DNA of 51,849 nt from a virus (IMGVR_UViG_3300003691_000008:1-51849), one strand, 5' to 3'. Positions 17,820-27,783 are shown, counted from the stretch's first letter. Numbers and translations: made by a program. Notes: generated by a model from the letters alone, not told the origin.

Positions 17820-18293
17820 ATGACAGAAAAAAATGACATGGAATTTAGGGAACAGGTCAAGCAAGGGTTAAAGCAAGTAAAACCAAGGCAAGGTCGAAGT
17901 CAAAGTAAAGCAGAATCAATACAGCAACCAAACAACATAAGCCAGGTTATTTCTGGAAACAACAATGTAACCTCACTTTTCGGGGGATCAGATAATAATA
18001 TCAATGTCGGCAGTTTTAATTACAAGCCCATATTCAACTATGGCTACCGTGAACCACCACTTGCTTTGGCATCTCAAGAACAAGCGGCTCAACTGCGCAG
18101 CTTACTTGAAGCTGCTGCTGACTGGGAAGAACGTGTGTGCAATCATCCAAAAACCTATACCCAATTATGTGCAGAGCTGAAAGAAAAATTTAAGTTCGTA
18201 CTTTTTGAAACATTACCTGAAGAACAATTTGAGCATGCTATTGCTTACCTAGAGCGAATTATTGGGCGTTTGGCACTAAGTCAAACAACTTAA
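17820..18293 (+). CDS. Hypothetical protein with ORF6C/antirepressor-like C-terminal domain
   Basis: ELKEKFKFVLFETLPEEQFEHAIAYLE; N/G-rich linker. Confidence 0.6.
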   Translation: MTEKNDMEFREQVKQGLKQVKPRQGRSQSKAESIQQPNNISQVISGNNNVTSLFGGSDNNINVGSFNYKPIFNYGYREPPLALASQEQAAQLRSLLEAAADWEERVCNHPKTYTQLCAELKEKFKFVLFETLPEEQFEHAIAYLERIIGRLALSQTT

Positions 18294-18319
18294 ACACATC
18301 AAGTTACAAGGAAATTAAA

Positions 18320-18877
18320 ATGAAATACTTTTCAATTGTAATGACTCTAATAATGCTTGTGGGTTGCTCATCCTCAGATAAGGCGCTTGAACTAGGTTAT
18401 GTTCTTACTCAAGATGAATTTAAGGACTTTAAACGTTACTCTATGCCACGAGCTGGAAACCTAGAAGGTGGAAATGCTCTTTCTTTCAATACAGTTGAGC
18501 TGGAAATTTATGCTGCTATAGAAAATAAAAAAATAGGTTTGGCGCTAGCAATCATTTTAACAGACGATAGTTGGGTTTTTATTCAGTCGGGAAAGTCACT
18601 GATACTCATGGTTGATGGTGAAAAGGTGCATTTATCCAGCCCTAGAGGCTCTGCTAATTTTAGAAAAGTGATAGGAAGAAGAATAAAAGAAGAAGCCCAT
18701 TACCCTATAACAACTGAACAAATAAAAAAACTAGCATATGCCAAAGAAATAAAAATTAGAATTTATGGCAGTAACGGATATGTAAGTCGTCAGTTTAATC
18801 AAGAATACTTTGCTTCAGTGAAAGGTTTTTATGAAAAGTTTATTTTGAAAAATGGAATTAAAACTATTTCAAAATGA
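18320..18877 (+). CDS. Lipoprotein (lysogeny-expressed moron candidate)
   Basis: Signal peptide with lipobox LVGC and an AAGGA RBS; co-oriented with the repressor. Confidence 0.75.
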   Translation: MKYFSIVMTLIMLVGCSSSDKALELGYVLTQDEFKDFKRYSMPRAGNLEGGNALSFNTVELEIYAAIENKKIGLALAIILTDDSWVFIQSGKSLILMVDGEKVHLSSPRGSANFRKVIGRRIKEEAHYPITTEQIKKLAYAKEIKIRIYGSNGYVSRQFNQEYFASVKGFYEKFILKNGIKTISK

Positions 18878-19024
18878 TTCATATAAGGAAAATATATCAT
18901 AGGAGTAACGCCATCCTTGGCCTCCTTGCTAGATGTATGACTAAAGATTAGAACAATAATAAACAAAAGCAAGCATGGGCTTGTTTTCAGTAAAAACAAA
19001 AGATTAAGAAATAAAGGGAAAATA

Positions 19025-20092
19025 ATGACACCAGTAGAACTTTTAGAGCATTGTGAAAAACGCATTCCTTTTAATACTATGCGCAGCATTTTAAAGGGTA
19101 AAGATATGCCTACTCATGGAGGTTGGTCTAAAACAGTGAGTGCCTATAAAGATAAGTTAGAGGAAGATCCAAACTTTGAAAGTAAAGTGATGTCATTAGA
19201 AAGCACATATAAGCATTATCTTCTAGCGGGTGATAAAGTTGTTTCTATTTATAAAGTAACTGATGATATTACTGATGCTATGTTACGTTTTACAAATGCC
19301 TTTGATATTAATAACGTTAGAAAAGAAGACTGTGTTTATGAAGATGACTATCCCTTTCCTGTTAAAGATCTTACCGGGATAAATTCTGATGTAGAAATTG
19401 TTTACAGTAAAAGTATTAATGGCAAGTTAACCCTTGGCTTTTGTTCAACCAGAAAAATAGAAGAGCATGTAAAAGTTGCTATTGAAGAATTGGACACCAA
19501 TACCCAAGCCAGTTTTTCTGATTATACAGAGCTGTTTGGTACTAAACGTTATCGAAGACAGTTATTTGACTTTGTTGTTATTGATACGATTAATAATTAC
19601 GTTGAGTATCGAATTGACGCTTCCAATGGTCTGTCAGTTAAAGATATAGAAAAGTCATTATCACGTGTAAAAGCTACTTTTTTAACTATGCTGCATGGCA
19701 CTGATGTTGATGAGCATAAATTACTAGCGCATAACTTGTACCCTAAAATAGGTACTTTATATGATAGTAATGAAGGACGTGTATGTGAGCTATCTTTTAC
19801 CGTTGACAGCGGTGGTACCTTTAATGAAAGAATGAGAGGGACCACTGTAGATATACGTAATGAAGAGTTTCACAGTGCTGGTATGCGAGCGGTAGAAAAG
19901 ATTAATACTTATAAAATTGCCGTACGATGGCCTGTAGATGCAAATAATGAAGAAAATAAATTAGAGCTAGAATTACTGCTTAATAGCAGTATGAACGAAA
20001 CCTATAATACAAGACCCACACTGTTTAGTGCATCTATCTTAAAGTGCTATACTGTAGATCAATATAATGCACTTTTAGACAAAATATTATAA
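19025..20092 (+). CDS. Hypothetical protein, gene A of a 3-gene candidate defence operon
   Basis: 355 aa, AT-rich, soluble, no Mu-like motifs. Confidence 0.7.
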   Translation: MTPVELLEHCEKRIPFNTMRSILKGKDMPTHGGWSKTVSAYKDKLEEDPNFESKVMSLESTYKHYLLAGDKVVSIYKVTDDITDAMLRFTNAFDINNVRKEDCVYEDDYPFPVKDLTGINSDVEIVYSKSINGKLTLGFCSTRKIEEHVKVAIEELDTNTQASFSDYTELFGTKRYRRQLFDFVVIDTINNYVEYRIDASNGLSVKDIEKSLSRVKATFLTMLHGTDVDEHKLLAHNLYPKIGTLYDSNEGRVCELSFTVDSGGTFNERMRGTTVDIRNEEFHSAGMRAVEKINTYKIAVRWPVDANNEENKLELELLLNSSMNETYNTRPTLFSASILKCYTVDQYNALLDKIL

Positions 20093-20101
20093 TATAAAAA
20101 C

Positions 20102-20509
20102 ATGTTTATTATCGATAATGTCATTGAACAGGCTTCAGCAGACTTGCCCAATAAAGAACTTTATAGGGCATGTTTTAATGTGTGTGAATATATTAAAAAT
20201 ACTAAACCATCATTACTTCAGCATATTAACTACTCTACGCTATATACAGCGTCTAAAGCTGAAAATACCGAGCTACTACTTCAAACCATTCAATACCTAA
20301 CCGGCGGTAGAACGCAGGTTCTTGACTCGGCTTATGAGCTTTTTTATGGTGATTTTCCTATTCAAATAGAAAAGTCTTATTTAGCTGAAGCAGATAGAGA
20401 TGGTGTATTTATACACCCTGAAACAGGTGAAACAATAGATAACTACCAATCTTTCATAGAAGTCTATTTTAAGCTTTCTGATAAAGTATCTAAGGCTTGG
20501 AATCTGTGA
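20102..20509 (+). CDS. Hypothetical protein, gene B of the 3-gene operon
   Basis: 135 aa with FIHPETGE motif; 9 bp after gene A and overlapping gene C. Confidence 0.7.
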   Translation: MFIIDNVIEQASADLPNKELYRACFNVCEYIKNTKPSLLQHINYSTLYTASKAENTELLLQTIQYLTGGRTQVLDSAYELFYGDFPIQIEKSYLAEADRDGVFIHPETGETIDNYQSFIEVYFKLSDKVSKAWNL

Positions 20510-21165
20510 GTAGAGAAGAAGAAATAGGAAAGCTAACTTTAGCAACACTCCAATTATCGTCAGCTAATGATCCTTTGATAAAAAGTATCTACAAAAAATT
20601 GCTTGTTCATGATTACAATTCTTTTGTTGATTACGTAGAGGATGAATTATCTACTTGTATTCAGCAACTAGAGTCCAACCCAGAACACCATTGTAATAAA
20701 GGGGAAGATGAGGTCACTATTTCTCTTCGGGATATGTTAGTGATGAAAGGAGTAGATGCGGAACATGATGTACAGCATGGTGGTCATGTGGATTTGTTTA
20801 TTAAGCAAGCCTCTTGGAAGTATCATGCTGAAGCTAAAATTTACAAAGGTAACGTTAATAGTTATGAAGGTTGGCTGCAATTAACCACGCGCTATGCATC
20901 AGGCAACCCTTGTAATAAAGGCTGTATTTTATTGTACCTCCAAGAACACGCTGGCACACTGGATGTGATGAAAGGCTGGAAAGTACATGTTGAAGATAAA
21001 GTTGACGATATAAGTGTTAATTTTTGTGGAAAAAACCCTTTAGCTTTAGTGTCTACCCATACATTGTTAAGAACAGGTTTGCCTTACCATATTAGGCATC
21101 TACCAGTATCATTATATTTTAAACCTTTAGATAAAAGCGGTCGAAATAGCAAGAAGTACAATTAG
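20506..21165 (+). CDS. PD-(D/E)XK nuclease-like protein, gene C of the 3-gene operon
   Basis: GEDEVT...GHVDL...HAEAKI...QLTTRY; a GTGA overlap suggests a start at 20506. Confidence 0.7.
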   Translation: MSREEEIGKLTLATLQLSSANDPLIKSIYKKLLVHDYNSFVDYVEDELSTCIQQLESNPEHHCNKGEDEVTISLRDMLVMKGVDAEHDVQHGGHVDLFIKQASWKYHAEAKIYKGNVNSYEGWLQLTTRYASGNPCNKGCILLYLQEHAGTLDVMKGWKVHVEDKVDDISVNFCGKNPLALVSTHTLLRTGLPYHIRHLPVSLYFKPLDKSGRNSKKYN

Positions 21166-21182
21166 TAAGAAGAGCTTTATTT

Positions 21183-21237
21183 TTACTAACTCAGGTTAAT
21201 ATTACCTAGCCCCACATGCTGTCACTCTGGCAGCATG
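21183..21237 (+). promoter_or_regulatory. Late promoter 1 (Mor/C-type dyad, apparently leaderless)
   Basis: TTACTAACTCAGGTTAATATT...GTCACTCTGGCAGC-ATG, repeated with the same spacing at 30310. Confidence 0.8.
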
Positions 21238-21852
21238 AAAAAATTAAACTCCCAACTCGCAACACTCACTGTCTCAATACGAAACAGTATTCCTAAAAAC
21301 GCCTTGCGCGCCATTGAATTAATCCTTGGTGTTGAGGGCGGCAACGTTAACGACCCTGACGACCATGGCGGTAAAACCAATTTCGGTATCTCTGATTTAC
21401 GTGACGGTAAAGAAGATGGCTTAATTGATATTAACCTTGATGGCATTGGTGACGTTGACCCTGAAAACCTAACCCGTGACCAAGCCATTGTTATTTTCTT
21501 TACCGACTACTGGTTAGCCAATAAGTGTGACCAGCTGCCCGAACCCATTGCGTTTATCATCTTTGATATTGCAGTTAACCAAAGTGCGGCATTTGCCCGC
21601 AAAAGCTTACAGCGCATCATAGGTGCAAAACCTGATGGTTTCATCGGTAAAAAAACCCTTAAGTCCCTGCAAAATGCAGACATAACCGATGTAATGCATG
21701 AGCTAACCAAGCGCCGTAGCCTACGTTACGCCAAAAAAGTCAAAGGCAATCCCACGCAAATAAAATACCTCAGCGGCTGGTTAGACCGTGCCTTTACTGT
21801 TTGGTATGAAGCCCATCACCTTTATATTTTTGGTGACAACAATGCCAAATAG
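21235..21852 (+). CDS. Endolysin, glycoside hydrolase family 108 with peptidoglycan-binding domain
   Basis: EGGNVNDPDDHGGKTNFGIS, FDIAVNQ, DGFIGKKTL, YLSGWLDR. Confidence 0.92.
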   Translation: MKKLNSQLATLTVSIRNSIPKNALRAIELILGVEGGNVNDPDDHGGKTNFGISDLRDGKEDGLIDINLDGIGDVDPENLTRDQAIVIFFTDYWLANKCDQLPEPIAFIIFDIAVNQSAAFARKSLQRIIGAKPDGFIGKKTLKSLQNADITDVMHELTKRRSLRYAKKVKGNPTQIKYLSGWLDRAFTVWYEAHHLYIFGDNNAK

Positions 21853-22087
21853 AACCCAACACAATAAGTTAACGGCCACTCAAAATCGCCACAGGCTTGG
21901 CCGCCATGCCCGATTACGTGCTGAAGTGGCTTACGCCCTTCATAGCACACCTATTCAGTATGCCTGCATTTACCGACGTATAGAGCAAGCCAACCAGTTT
22001 AAGCGCGGCTGGAATAGCGTTACTGACATAGATATTGATGTAGCTGTTAAACGAACACAAATAGAGGAGATACACCATGAGTCGTAA
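21842..22087 (+). CDS. Hypothetical protein
   Basis: MPNRTQHNK...FKRGWNSVT; overlaps both neighbours. Confidence 0.55.
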   Translation: MPNRTQHNKLTATQNRHRLGRHARLRAEVAYALHSTPIQYACIYRRIEQANQFKRGWNSVTDIDIDVAVKRTQIEEIHHES

Positions 22088-22451
22088 ACAAGTTTTACCC
22101 GTTTTTATCGGTGAGGTTTTTACTTGCTGGTTGCCAAGAGAGCCGCGAAAAATGAAGTTAACACAAGACTTCTCTTTTATTGATAAACGCGGAGTCACTT
22201 GGCTGGCCCCAGCAGGTGCAATTATTGACGGTGCAAGTATCCCACGAACTTTCTGGGGTGTTATCGGCACACCGTTCTTTGGTCATTATCGCAGAGCAAG
22301 CGTTATCCATGATGTTTATTGTGTCAACAAAAGCCGACCACATAAGCAAGTTCACCGTATGTTTTACGATGCTATTAGAGCTGATGGTGTTGGAAAATAT
22401 AAAGCAAAATTAATGTACTTTGCCCTAAAAGTTGGAGCACCAAAATGGTAA
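22077..22451 (+). CDS. DUF1353 family protein
   Basis: APAGAIIDGASIPR...ASVIHDVYC...MFYDAI. Confidence 0.85.
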   Translation: MSRKQVLPVFIGEVFTCWLPREPRKMKLTQDFSFIDKRGVTWLAPAGAIIDGASIPRTFWGVIGTPFFGHYRRASVIHDVYCVNKSRPHKQVHRMFYDAIRADGVGKYKAKLMYFALKVGAPKW

Positions 22452-22699
22452 ACGCAAAACTGAAAGTCAAAATAGTATTAACTGTCATTGTCTTAATGGC
22501 TTTAGCACTGAGCGCTTGCTCAAACTATCAATTTGGTGATGTATCTAGCATTTATTGTGGCTCTACTAACCGAGAAATACGCGCTGAAATCAAACTGACA
22601 CTTCAAGACAACGGTATTGATATTGGCGTTGATTACTGTGCCAGTGTCGGTTTGGTTGATGCGCTTGTATTAGCGCCAATGAGAAATAAAAAGCCGTAA
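22445..22699 (+). CDS. Small lipoprotein (possible spanin-like lysis accessory)
   Basis: Lipobox LSAC, located in the lysis region. Confidence 0.55.
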   Translation: MVNAKLKVKIVLTVIVLMALALSACSNYQFGDVSSIYCGSTNREIRAEIKLTLQDNGIDIGVDYCASVGLVDALVLAPMRNKKP

Positions 22700-22716
22700 C
22701 CGGAAAGGATAATACT

Positions 22717-22947
22717 TTGGACATTACAGACAGAGCAAGTGCCGCTGAAGCATTAGATCGTGAACAAGCATTAGCTGCAAATAAGCCCGTAATTGAAAAG
22801 CCTGTTGAATTTCATGGCCACCGTTATTGCAAAGACTGCAGCTGTGAATTAACCACACAGCGTTTGCTAGTAGTACCAACAGCGGTGCGATGTGTTACGT
22901 GCCAAACATGCAGTGAGCATTTAGCTAAACAGTTCAGGAGTCGTTAG
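22717..22947 (+). CDS. TraR/DksA C4-type zinc-finger protein
   Basis: DITDRAS...CKDC...RLLVVPTAVRCVTCQ. Confidence 0.88.
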   Translation: MDITDRASAAEALDREQALAANKPVIEKPVEFHGHRYCKDCSCELTTQRLLVVPTAVRCVTCQTCSEHLAKQFRSR

Positions 22948-23231
22948 TGATGGATTGGCTTTTAAAATACTGGCCTATATTGTTTTGCTCTTTCAACTTT
23001 GTCGGCGTGTTGATTATTTGGTCTTTGCATAAAACCTACGCAAAAACCGAAGCAGTAACAGAGCTTGATAAACGACAAACAATCACTGAAAAACAACTGT
23101 CAGAAATGGACACACATAGCATAGAACTACAGCTTAAAGAGCTTAAAGGTGAATTTGACGGCATGAATCGCCTACTCAATCGCGCCGCAAATCAGCTTGA
23201 CATGTTAGTAGAAAACGAACTTAAGGGATAA
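22947..23231 (+). CDS. Mu gp25-like (DUF2730) membrane/coiled-coil protein
   Basis: N-terminal TM, KTYAK, ends LDMLVENELKG. Confidence 0.75.
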   Translation: MMDWLLKYWPILFCSFNFVGVLIIWSLHKTYAKTEAVTELDKRQTITEKQLSEMDTHSIELQLKELKGEFDGMNRLLNRAANQLDMLVENELKG

Positions 23232-23234
23232 ACG

Positions 23235-23522
23235 ATGGCACTTCAAGATATACAAAATGAGCATACGCGGCGGTCTATTTTACTTGCCTTAGCAGCGCTT
23301 AATTACACCAGTAATGACAGTGTAATTAAAGACTCTTGCGAGTTGTTCGGTAATGCAATGAGCAGCGACCAGGTACGAACGCAATTGGGTTGGTTAGCTG
23401 AACAAGGCTTAGTCACTATTGAGCGTAAAACCAGTTACATGATTGCTACGCTAACCAGTCGTGGTCAAGACGTTGCCAATGGCCGTAGCTTTGTCGATGG
23501 CGTTAAACGCCCAAGCGCTTAG
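23235..23522 (+). CDS. Mu gp26-like winged-helix protein
   Basis: LGWLAEQGLV...ATLTSRGQDVANG...GVKRP. Confidence 0.85.
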   Translation: MALQDIQNEHTRRSILLALAALNYTSNDSVIKDSCELFGNAMSSDQVRTQLGWLAEQGLVTIERKTSYMIATLTSRGQDVANGRSFVDGVKRPSA

Positions 23523-23531
23523 GAGAACATC

Positions 23532-23819
23532 ATGGCTAAAGCGAAAACCAAACCTTATACAGCGGGTGAAAAATGTATTATTCATCAACTGGGCTTAGCC
23601 CTTGTTTGTGCTGAAATTGAAACGCAAGTAATCAAACCGTTTTTTGAAAAAGACAAAGGTATCCCCTATCAATCTAAAGGCGGTTATCTTGATATATATC
23701 TTGCTTCGGATCCTAAAGTTAAACGTGCATGGAAAGCGTTGCAAAAAGATGTAAAACAAATTCGCAAGGATTTTTTAGCACATTCAAAAAATGAGGCTAA
23801 GCAGGATGAAAGACCGTAA
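23532..23819 (+). CDS. Hypothetical phage protein
   Basis: 95 aa with an AGGAG RBS. Confidence 0.6.
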   Translation: MAKAKTKPYTAGEKCIIHQLGLALVCAEIETQVIKPFFEKDKGIPYQSKGGYLDIYLASDPKVKRAWKALQKDVKQIRKDFLAHSKNEAKQDERP

Positions 23820-24381
23820 GAAACGTGGCAAGCCGTCCAAGGTAGATTTATTACCTGCAGCAATAAAAACCCAACTTGATCAATTGCTGCGTGATAACAA
23901 GATGCAGCAAAAAGACATTCTAAAAGCGGTTAATTTGCTTATTGATGATGCGGGCTTAGGCAAGGAAGTAAAGCTATCAGCATCGGGTGTTAATCGATAC
24001 TCAACGCAAATGGAAACTATAGGCCATGACATTCGCCAGGCACGCGAAATGGCTGAAATGTGGGTAGCTAAGTTGGGCACAGCGCCAACGGGTGATGTAA
24101 GTCAGTTACTGATGGAAATGCTACGTACGCAGTCGTTCAGATTGTTAGTTAAAGCTAATGAAAACCCTGACGATGTACTCGACCCGAAAACCATCGGCGA
24201 GCTAGCATTGGGTATTCAGCGTATTGAAAAAGCCGCCATGTTGAACATGGAAAAAGCAAAGGAGATCAAAAAAGCCTTTGCTGAAGAAGCTGCTGGTGCT
24301 ATTGATAAAACAGCCAAACAGGCAGGTTTAACAAGTGAAGGCGCAATGTTGATTAAGCAACAAATTTTAGGACTTGCCTAA
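23806..24381 (+). CDS. Terminase small subunit (Mu gp27, DUF3486)
   Basis: RGKPSKVDLLP...LSASGVNRY...IKQQILGL. Confidence 0.85.
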   Translation: MKDRKKRGKPSKVDLLPAAIKTQLDQLLRDNKMQQKDILKAVNLLIDDAGLGKEVKLSASGVNRYSTQMETIGHDIRQAREMAEMWVAKLGTAPTGDVSQLLMEMLRTQSFRLLVKANENPDDVLDPKTIGELALGIQRIEKAAMLNMEKAKEIKKAFAEEAAGAIDKTAKQAGLTSEGAMLIKQQILGLA

Positions 24382-26021
24382 TGAAGTTGCCCCCAACGCC
24401 AGTTATTGAGCAAACAAAGCCTGAGCTTAAGCTTTCTAAGTATCAGAAAGCGATTAACGATTGTGACAATATCGAGAAGCGCTTTGGTTTGCCTGTTTTC
24501 ATTCCTTTTGATCCTGATGAAGTTTTATTGGGTTATCAAAAGCGTTGGATGGCTGACGATTCCACCTTAAAAATTGCCGAGAAATCACGCCGTACCGGTT
24601 TAACCTGGGCAGAAGCTGCCGATGCTGTTTTAGAAGCCAGTAAAAGTAAAGTTGCTTTTGGTACCAACCATTTTTATGTTGGCTCAACCAAAGACATGGC
24701 GCGTGAGTTTATTGATGCTTGTGCCATGTGGGCTATGGCATTTGATAAAGCGGCAGGAGATATTCAAGAAGAAATATTTGTAGATGAAGGTCAGGAAGGA
24801 AAAGAGATCCTTACCTTTACCATCAACTTTGCTAGTGGCTTTAAAATACAAGCGCTAAGCTCTAACCCGTCAAATTTACGTGGTATGCAAGGCAATGTAA
24901 CTATTGATGAAGCCGCATTTCATGACCGTTTAGCCGAAGTACTTAAAGCCGCCAGTGCCTTAACCATGTGGGGCGCTAAAGTGAGATTAATTAGCACTCA
25001 CAATGGCACAGACAATCTATTCAATACCCTTATTCAAGATAGTCGCGCAGGTAAAAAAGCCTATTCAGTACACCGCATTACCCTTGATGATGCTTGTGGG
25101 GAAGGACTTTATCAGCGTATTAGTCAAACACGCCGTAAAGAGTGGACTCAAGAAGTTGAGGATATGTGGAAGGCTGCATTACTTAACCAAACAGCCACTG
25201 AAGAAGATGCGTTAGAAGAATACGCTTGTGTGCCTAAGCAAGGTGGTGGTGTATATATCAAACGTGTGCTTGTAGACCAAGCCATGAAAAAAGATATTCC
25301 CATTATTCGCTTTACTGCCCCTAAAGATTTTTTAGAGTGGTCGGCAAGACATAAAGAAATTCAAATTAAAGAATGGCAAGACGAGTTAAAGCCTCATTTA
25401 GCCAAACTTCATAAAGACTTAAATCACGCGTTTGGTGAAGATTTCGCTCGCAAAGGTGATTTATCGGTATTTGTACCACTGCAAATAAATAAAGATTTAA
25501 CCAAGCGCGTACCGTTCTTGCTTGAAATGAGTAATTTAACCTATGACGCTCAGCGTGAAATACTGTTTTATTTGTGTGACCGTTTACCACGATTACAGGG
25601 CTTAGCGTTTGATGCCACAGGCAATGGCGGTTACTTAGCTGAAACTGCTGCCTTACGTTATGGCACCGACATGGTTGAACAAATTGATTTAAGTGAAAAA
25701 TGGTACCGTGAATGGATGCCAAAATTAAAAGCTGAGTTTGAAGACCAAAACTTAGAAATACCACGTCATCAAGATGTTCAAGATGATATGGGACAAATCA
25801 AAGTAATTAACGGCACCCCAAAAATAGACAAAGGTAGCACTAAAGGCACTGACGGCAGACAACGCCATGGCGATGTTGCAGTAGGTCTTGCTATGGCTGT
25901 TAGAGCAAGTTGGATGGAAGGTGCACCCATTGAATTTACCCCATTACCCAATAAACGCGACAGCTTTGAAGGTCGCGATGATAGCGACTACGGCGGCAAT
26001 TATTCACAAGGTTGTTTTTAA
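24381..26021 (+). CDS. terL: Terminase large subunit (Mu gp28)
   Basis: EKSRRTGLTW, NLRGMQG, IDEAAFH, ISTHNG, DATGNG, RHGD. Confidence 0.95.
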   Translation: MKLPPTPVIEQTKPELKLSKYQKAINDCDNIEKRFGLPVFIPFDPDEVLLGYQKRWMADDSTLKIAEKSRRTGLTWAEAADAVLEASKSKVAFGTNHFYVGSTKDMAREFIDACAMWAMAFDKAAGDIQEEIFVDEGQEGKEILTFTINFASGFKIQALSSNPSNLRGMQGNVTIDEAAFHDRLAEVLKAASALTMWGAKVRLISTHNGTDNLFNTLIQDSRAGKKAYSVHRITLDDACGEGLYQRISQTRRKEWTQEVEDMWKAALLNQTATEEDALEEYACVPKQGGGVYIKRVLVDQAMKKDIPIIRFTAPKDFLEWSARHKEIQIKEWQDELKPHLAKLHKDLNHAFGEDFARKGDLSVFVPLQINKDLTKRVPFLLEMSNLTYDAQREILFYLCDRLPRLQGLAFDATGNGGYLAETAALRYGTDMVEQIDLSEKWYREWMPKLKAEFEDQNLEIPRHQDVQDDMGQIKVINGTPKIDKGSTKGTDGRQRHGDVAVGLAMAVRASWMEGAPIEFTPLPNKRDSFEGRDDSDYGGNYSQGCF

Positions 26022-27646
26022 TGACTACTCAAAAAAGTAAAAGCGAAAATAAAATTCATGACATTAATGGTGTTCGATTTCGTATTAAGGAAATCACAAA
26101 GCCCCAAAGTGAAGACAACGCCCAGGTTGCTCAGTTAAAACGTGAGTTTGCTGAACACCCCAGTGCGGGACTTACCCCTGCTAAACTGGCTAGTATTACC
26201 CTTGAAGCTGAAAGAGGTAATTTAATGGCGCAGTCTGATTTAGCCGAAGATATGGAAGAAAAAGACAGCCATATTTTTGCTGAGTTAGCTAAGCGTAAAA
26301 ACGCCTTGCTTACCGTGCCTTGGTCTATTGTGCCACCCCGTAATGCTAGTGATGCAGAGAAGAAAGACGCTGAACTAATTGAAGAGATATTGCGTGATGG
26401 TAACTTTATTGATGACACCATCTTTGATATGGCTGACGGTATTTTAAAAGGCTTTAGTAATTTAGAAATGGCTTGGGAACGCCGCGATGCTTTATGGGTA
26501 CCTGAAAAAATTGAACATAGGCCAGCACGTTGGTTTATGGTTGACCCCGAAGACCAAAACATTTTGCGTTTACGTGACCAAAGTTTTAACGGTGCTGAGC
26601 TGCGCCCGTTTAATTGGATACAACATCAACATAAATCTAAGTCTGGTTACATTGGCCGAGCTAATCTAATCCGAGTATTAGCATGGCCCTATTTATTTAA
26701 AAATTACAGCGTACGTGACTTAGCTGAATTTCTTGAAATATATGGCATACCTGCCCGTATAGGTAAATATCCTACAGGTGCAGGTACTGCTGAAAAAGCC
26801 AGTTTGTTACAAGCTATTATGTCAATCGGACACAATTCAGGCGGTATTATTCCCAAAGGAATGGACATTGAATTTGCTCAAGCTGCAGGTGGACAAGGTG
26901 ACCCATTTGAAATAATGATCTCCTGGTGCGAACGTAGTCAGTCTAAAGCTATTTTGGGTGGCACCCTAACCAGCCAAGCCGACGGTAAAAGCTCTACTAA
27001 CGCATTAGGTAACGTTCATAACGAAGGCCGAATAGAATTGCGTAATAGCGATTGCCGTCAAATTGCCAACACATTAACGCGGGACTTGGTCAAAACTATT
27101 TATATTTTAAATGGAAAAAGCTATAAAAGTGATCGTCGTTTCCCTCGTTTTGAATTTGATATTCAAGAGCCTGAAGACTTAAAATTATTTTCTGAAGCTC
27201 TGCCTGTACTGGTCGATTACGGCTTTAAAATTCCCCTTGCTTGGGCGCAAAACAAAGTGCAAATACCGTTAGCTGAAAAAGATGAAGCGGTAATGATGTT
27301 AGCTAACCAACCGCCTGAGCCTGAAAAAGAGAAAGCTAAGTCGCAAAAAATGGCCATCACTAAGTTAGCCGCTTTAAAAGCTAAGTCAGCAAAACCAACG
27401 ACTGATGAATTGGACGGTTTAACTAACCAGTTAAGCTCAAATATGTCACCTGTGTTAGCGAGCTTTACCAATGAAGTGCAGCAGCTGGTAGAGAACGCAA
27501 CCTCTCTTGAAGAGCTTAGTGCGGCACTAGCTAGTTTAGATTTAACTGTTGATGAAGCCAGCGAGGTAATGCAACAAGCATTTTTTGCCAGTGAATTAAG
27601 TGGCATGTATGACGTTGACATGGATGCAACAAAGGAAAACGAATAA
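26021..27646 (+). CDS. Portal protein (Mu gp29, DUF935)
   Basis: HPSAGLTP, DMEEKDSH, FLEIYGIP, SKAILGGTLTS, ALGNVHNE. Confidence 0.95.
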   Translation: MTTQKSKSENKIHDINGVRFRIKEITKPQSEDNAQVAQLKREFAEHPSAGLTPAKLASITLEAERGNLMAQSDLAEDMEEKDSHIFAELAKRKNALLTVPWSIVPPRNASDAEKKDAELIEEILRDGNFIDDTIFDMADGILKGFSNLEMAWERRDALWVPEKIEHRPARWFMVDPEDQNILRLRDQSFNGAELRPFNWIQHQHKSKSGYIGRANLIRVLAWPYLFKNYSVRDLAEFLEIYGIPARIGKYPTGAGTAEKASLLQAIMSIGHNSGGIIPKGMDIEFAQAAGGQGDPFEIMISWCERSQSKAILGGTLTSQADGKSSTNALGNVHNEGRIELRNSDCRQIANTLTRDLVKTIYILNGKSYKSDRRFPRFEFDIQEPEDLKLFSEALPVLVDYGFKIPLAWAQNKVQIPLAEKDEAVMMLANQPPEPEKEKAKSQKMAITKLAALKAKSAKPTTDELDGLTNQLSSNMSPVLASFTNEVQQLVENATSLEELSAALASLDLTVDEASEVMQQAFFASELSGMYDVDMDATKENE

Positions 27647-27783
27647 TGCTTACCCGATTCATTAAGCGTTATGAGCGTTGGTACAACCGCTATCAATTTA
27701 ATCGCTTGTCAGAAACAGATAGAAAGATTTTTCGTTTTCTTGAGTTAGATCCCGATTCATTAATTAAACGTGGTGAGATATGA
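27646..27783 (+). CDS. 45-aa hypothetical protein (not in ORF track)
   Basis: MLTRFIKRYERWYNRYQFNRLSETDRKIFRFLELDPDSLIKRGEI*; TAATG and ATGA overlaps with both neighbours. Confidence 0.55.
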   Translation: MLTRFIKRYERWYNRYQFNRLSETDRKIFRFLELDPDSLIKRGEI

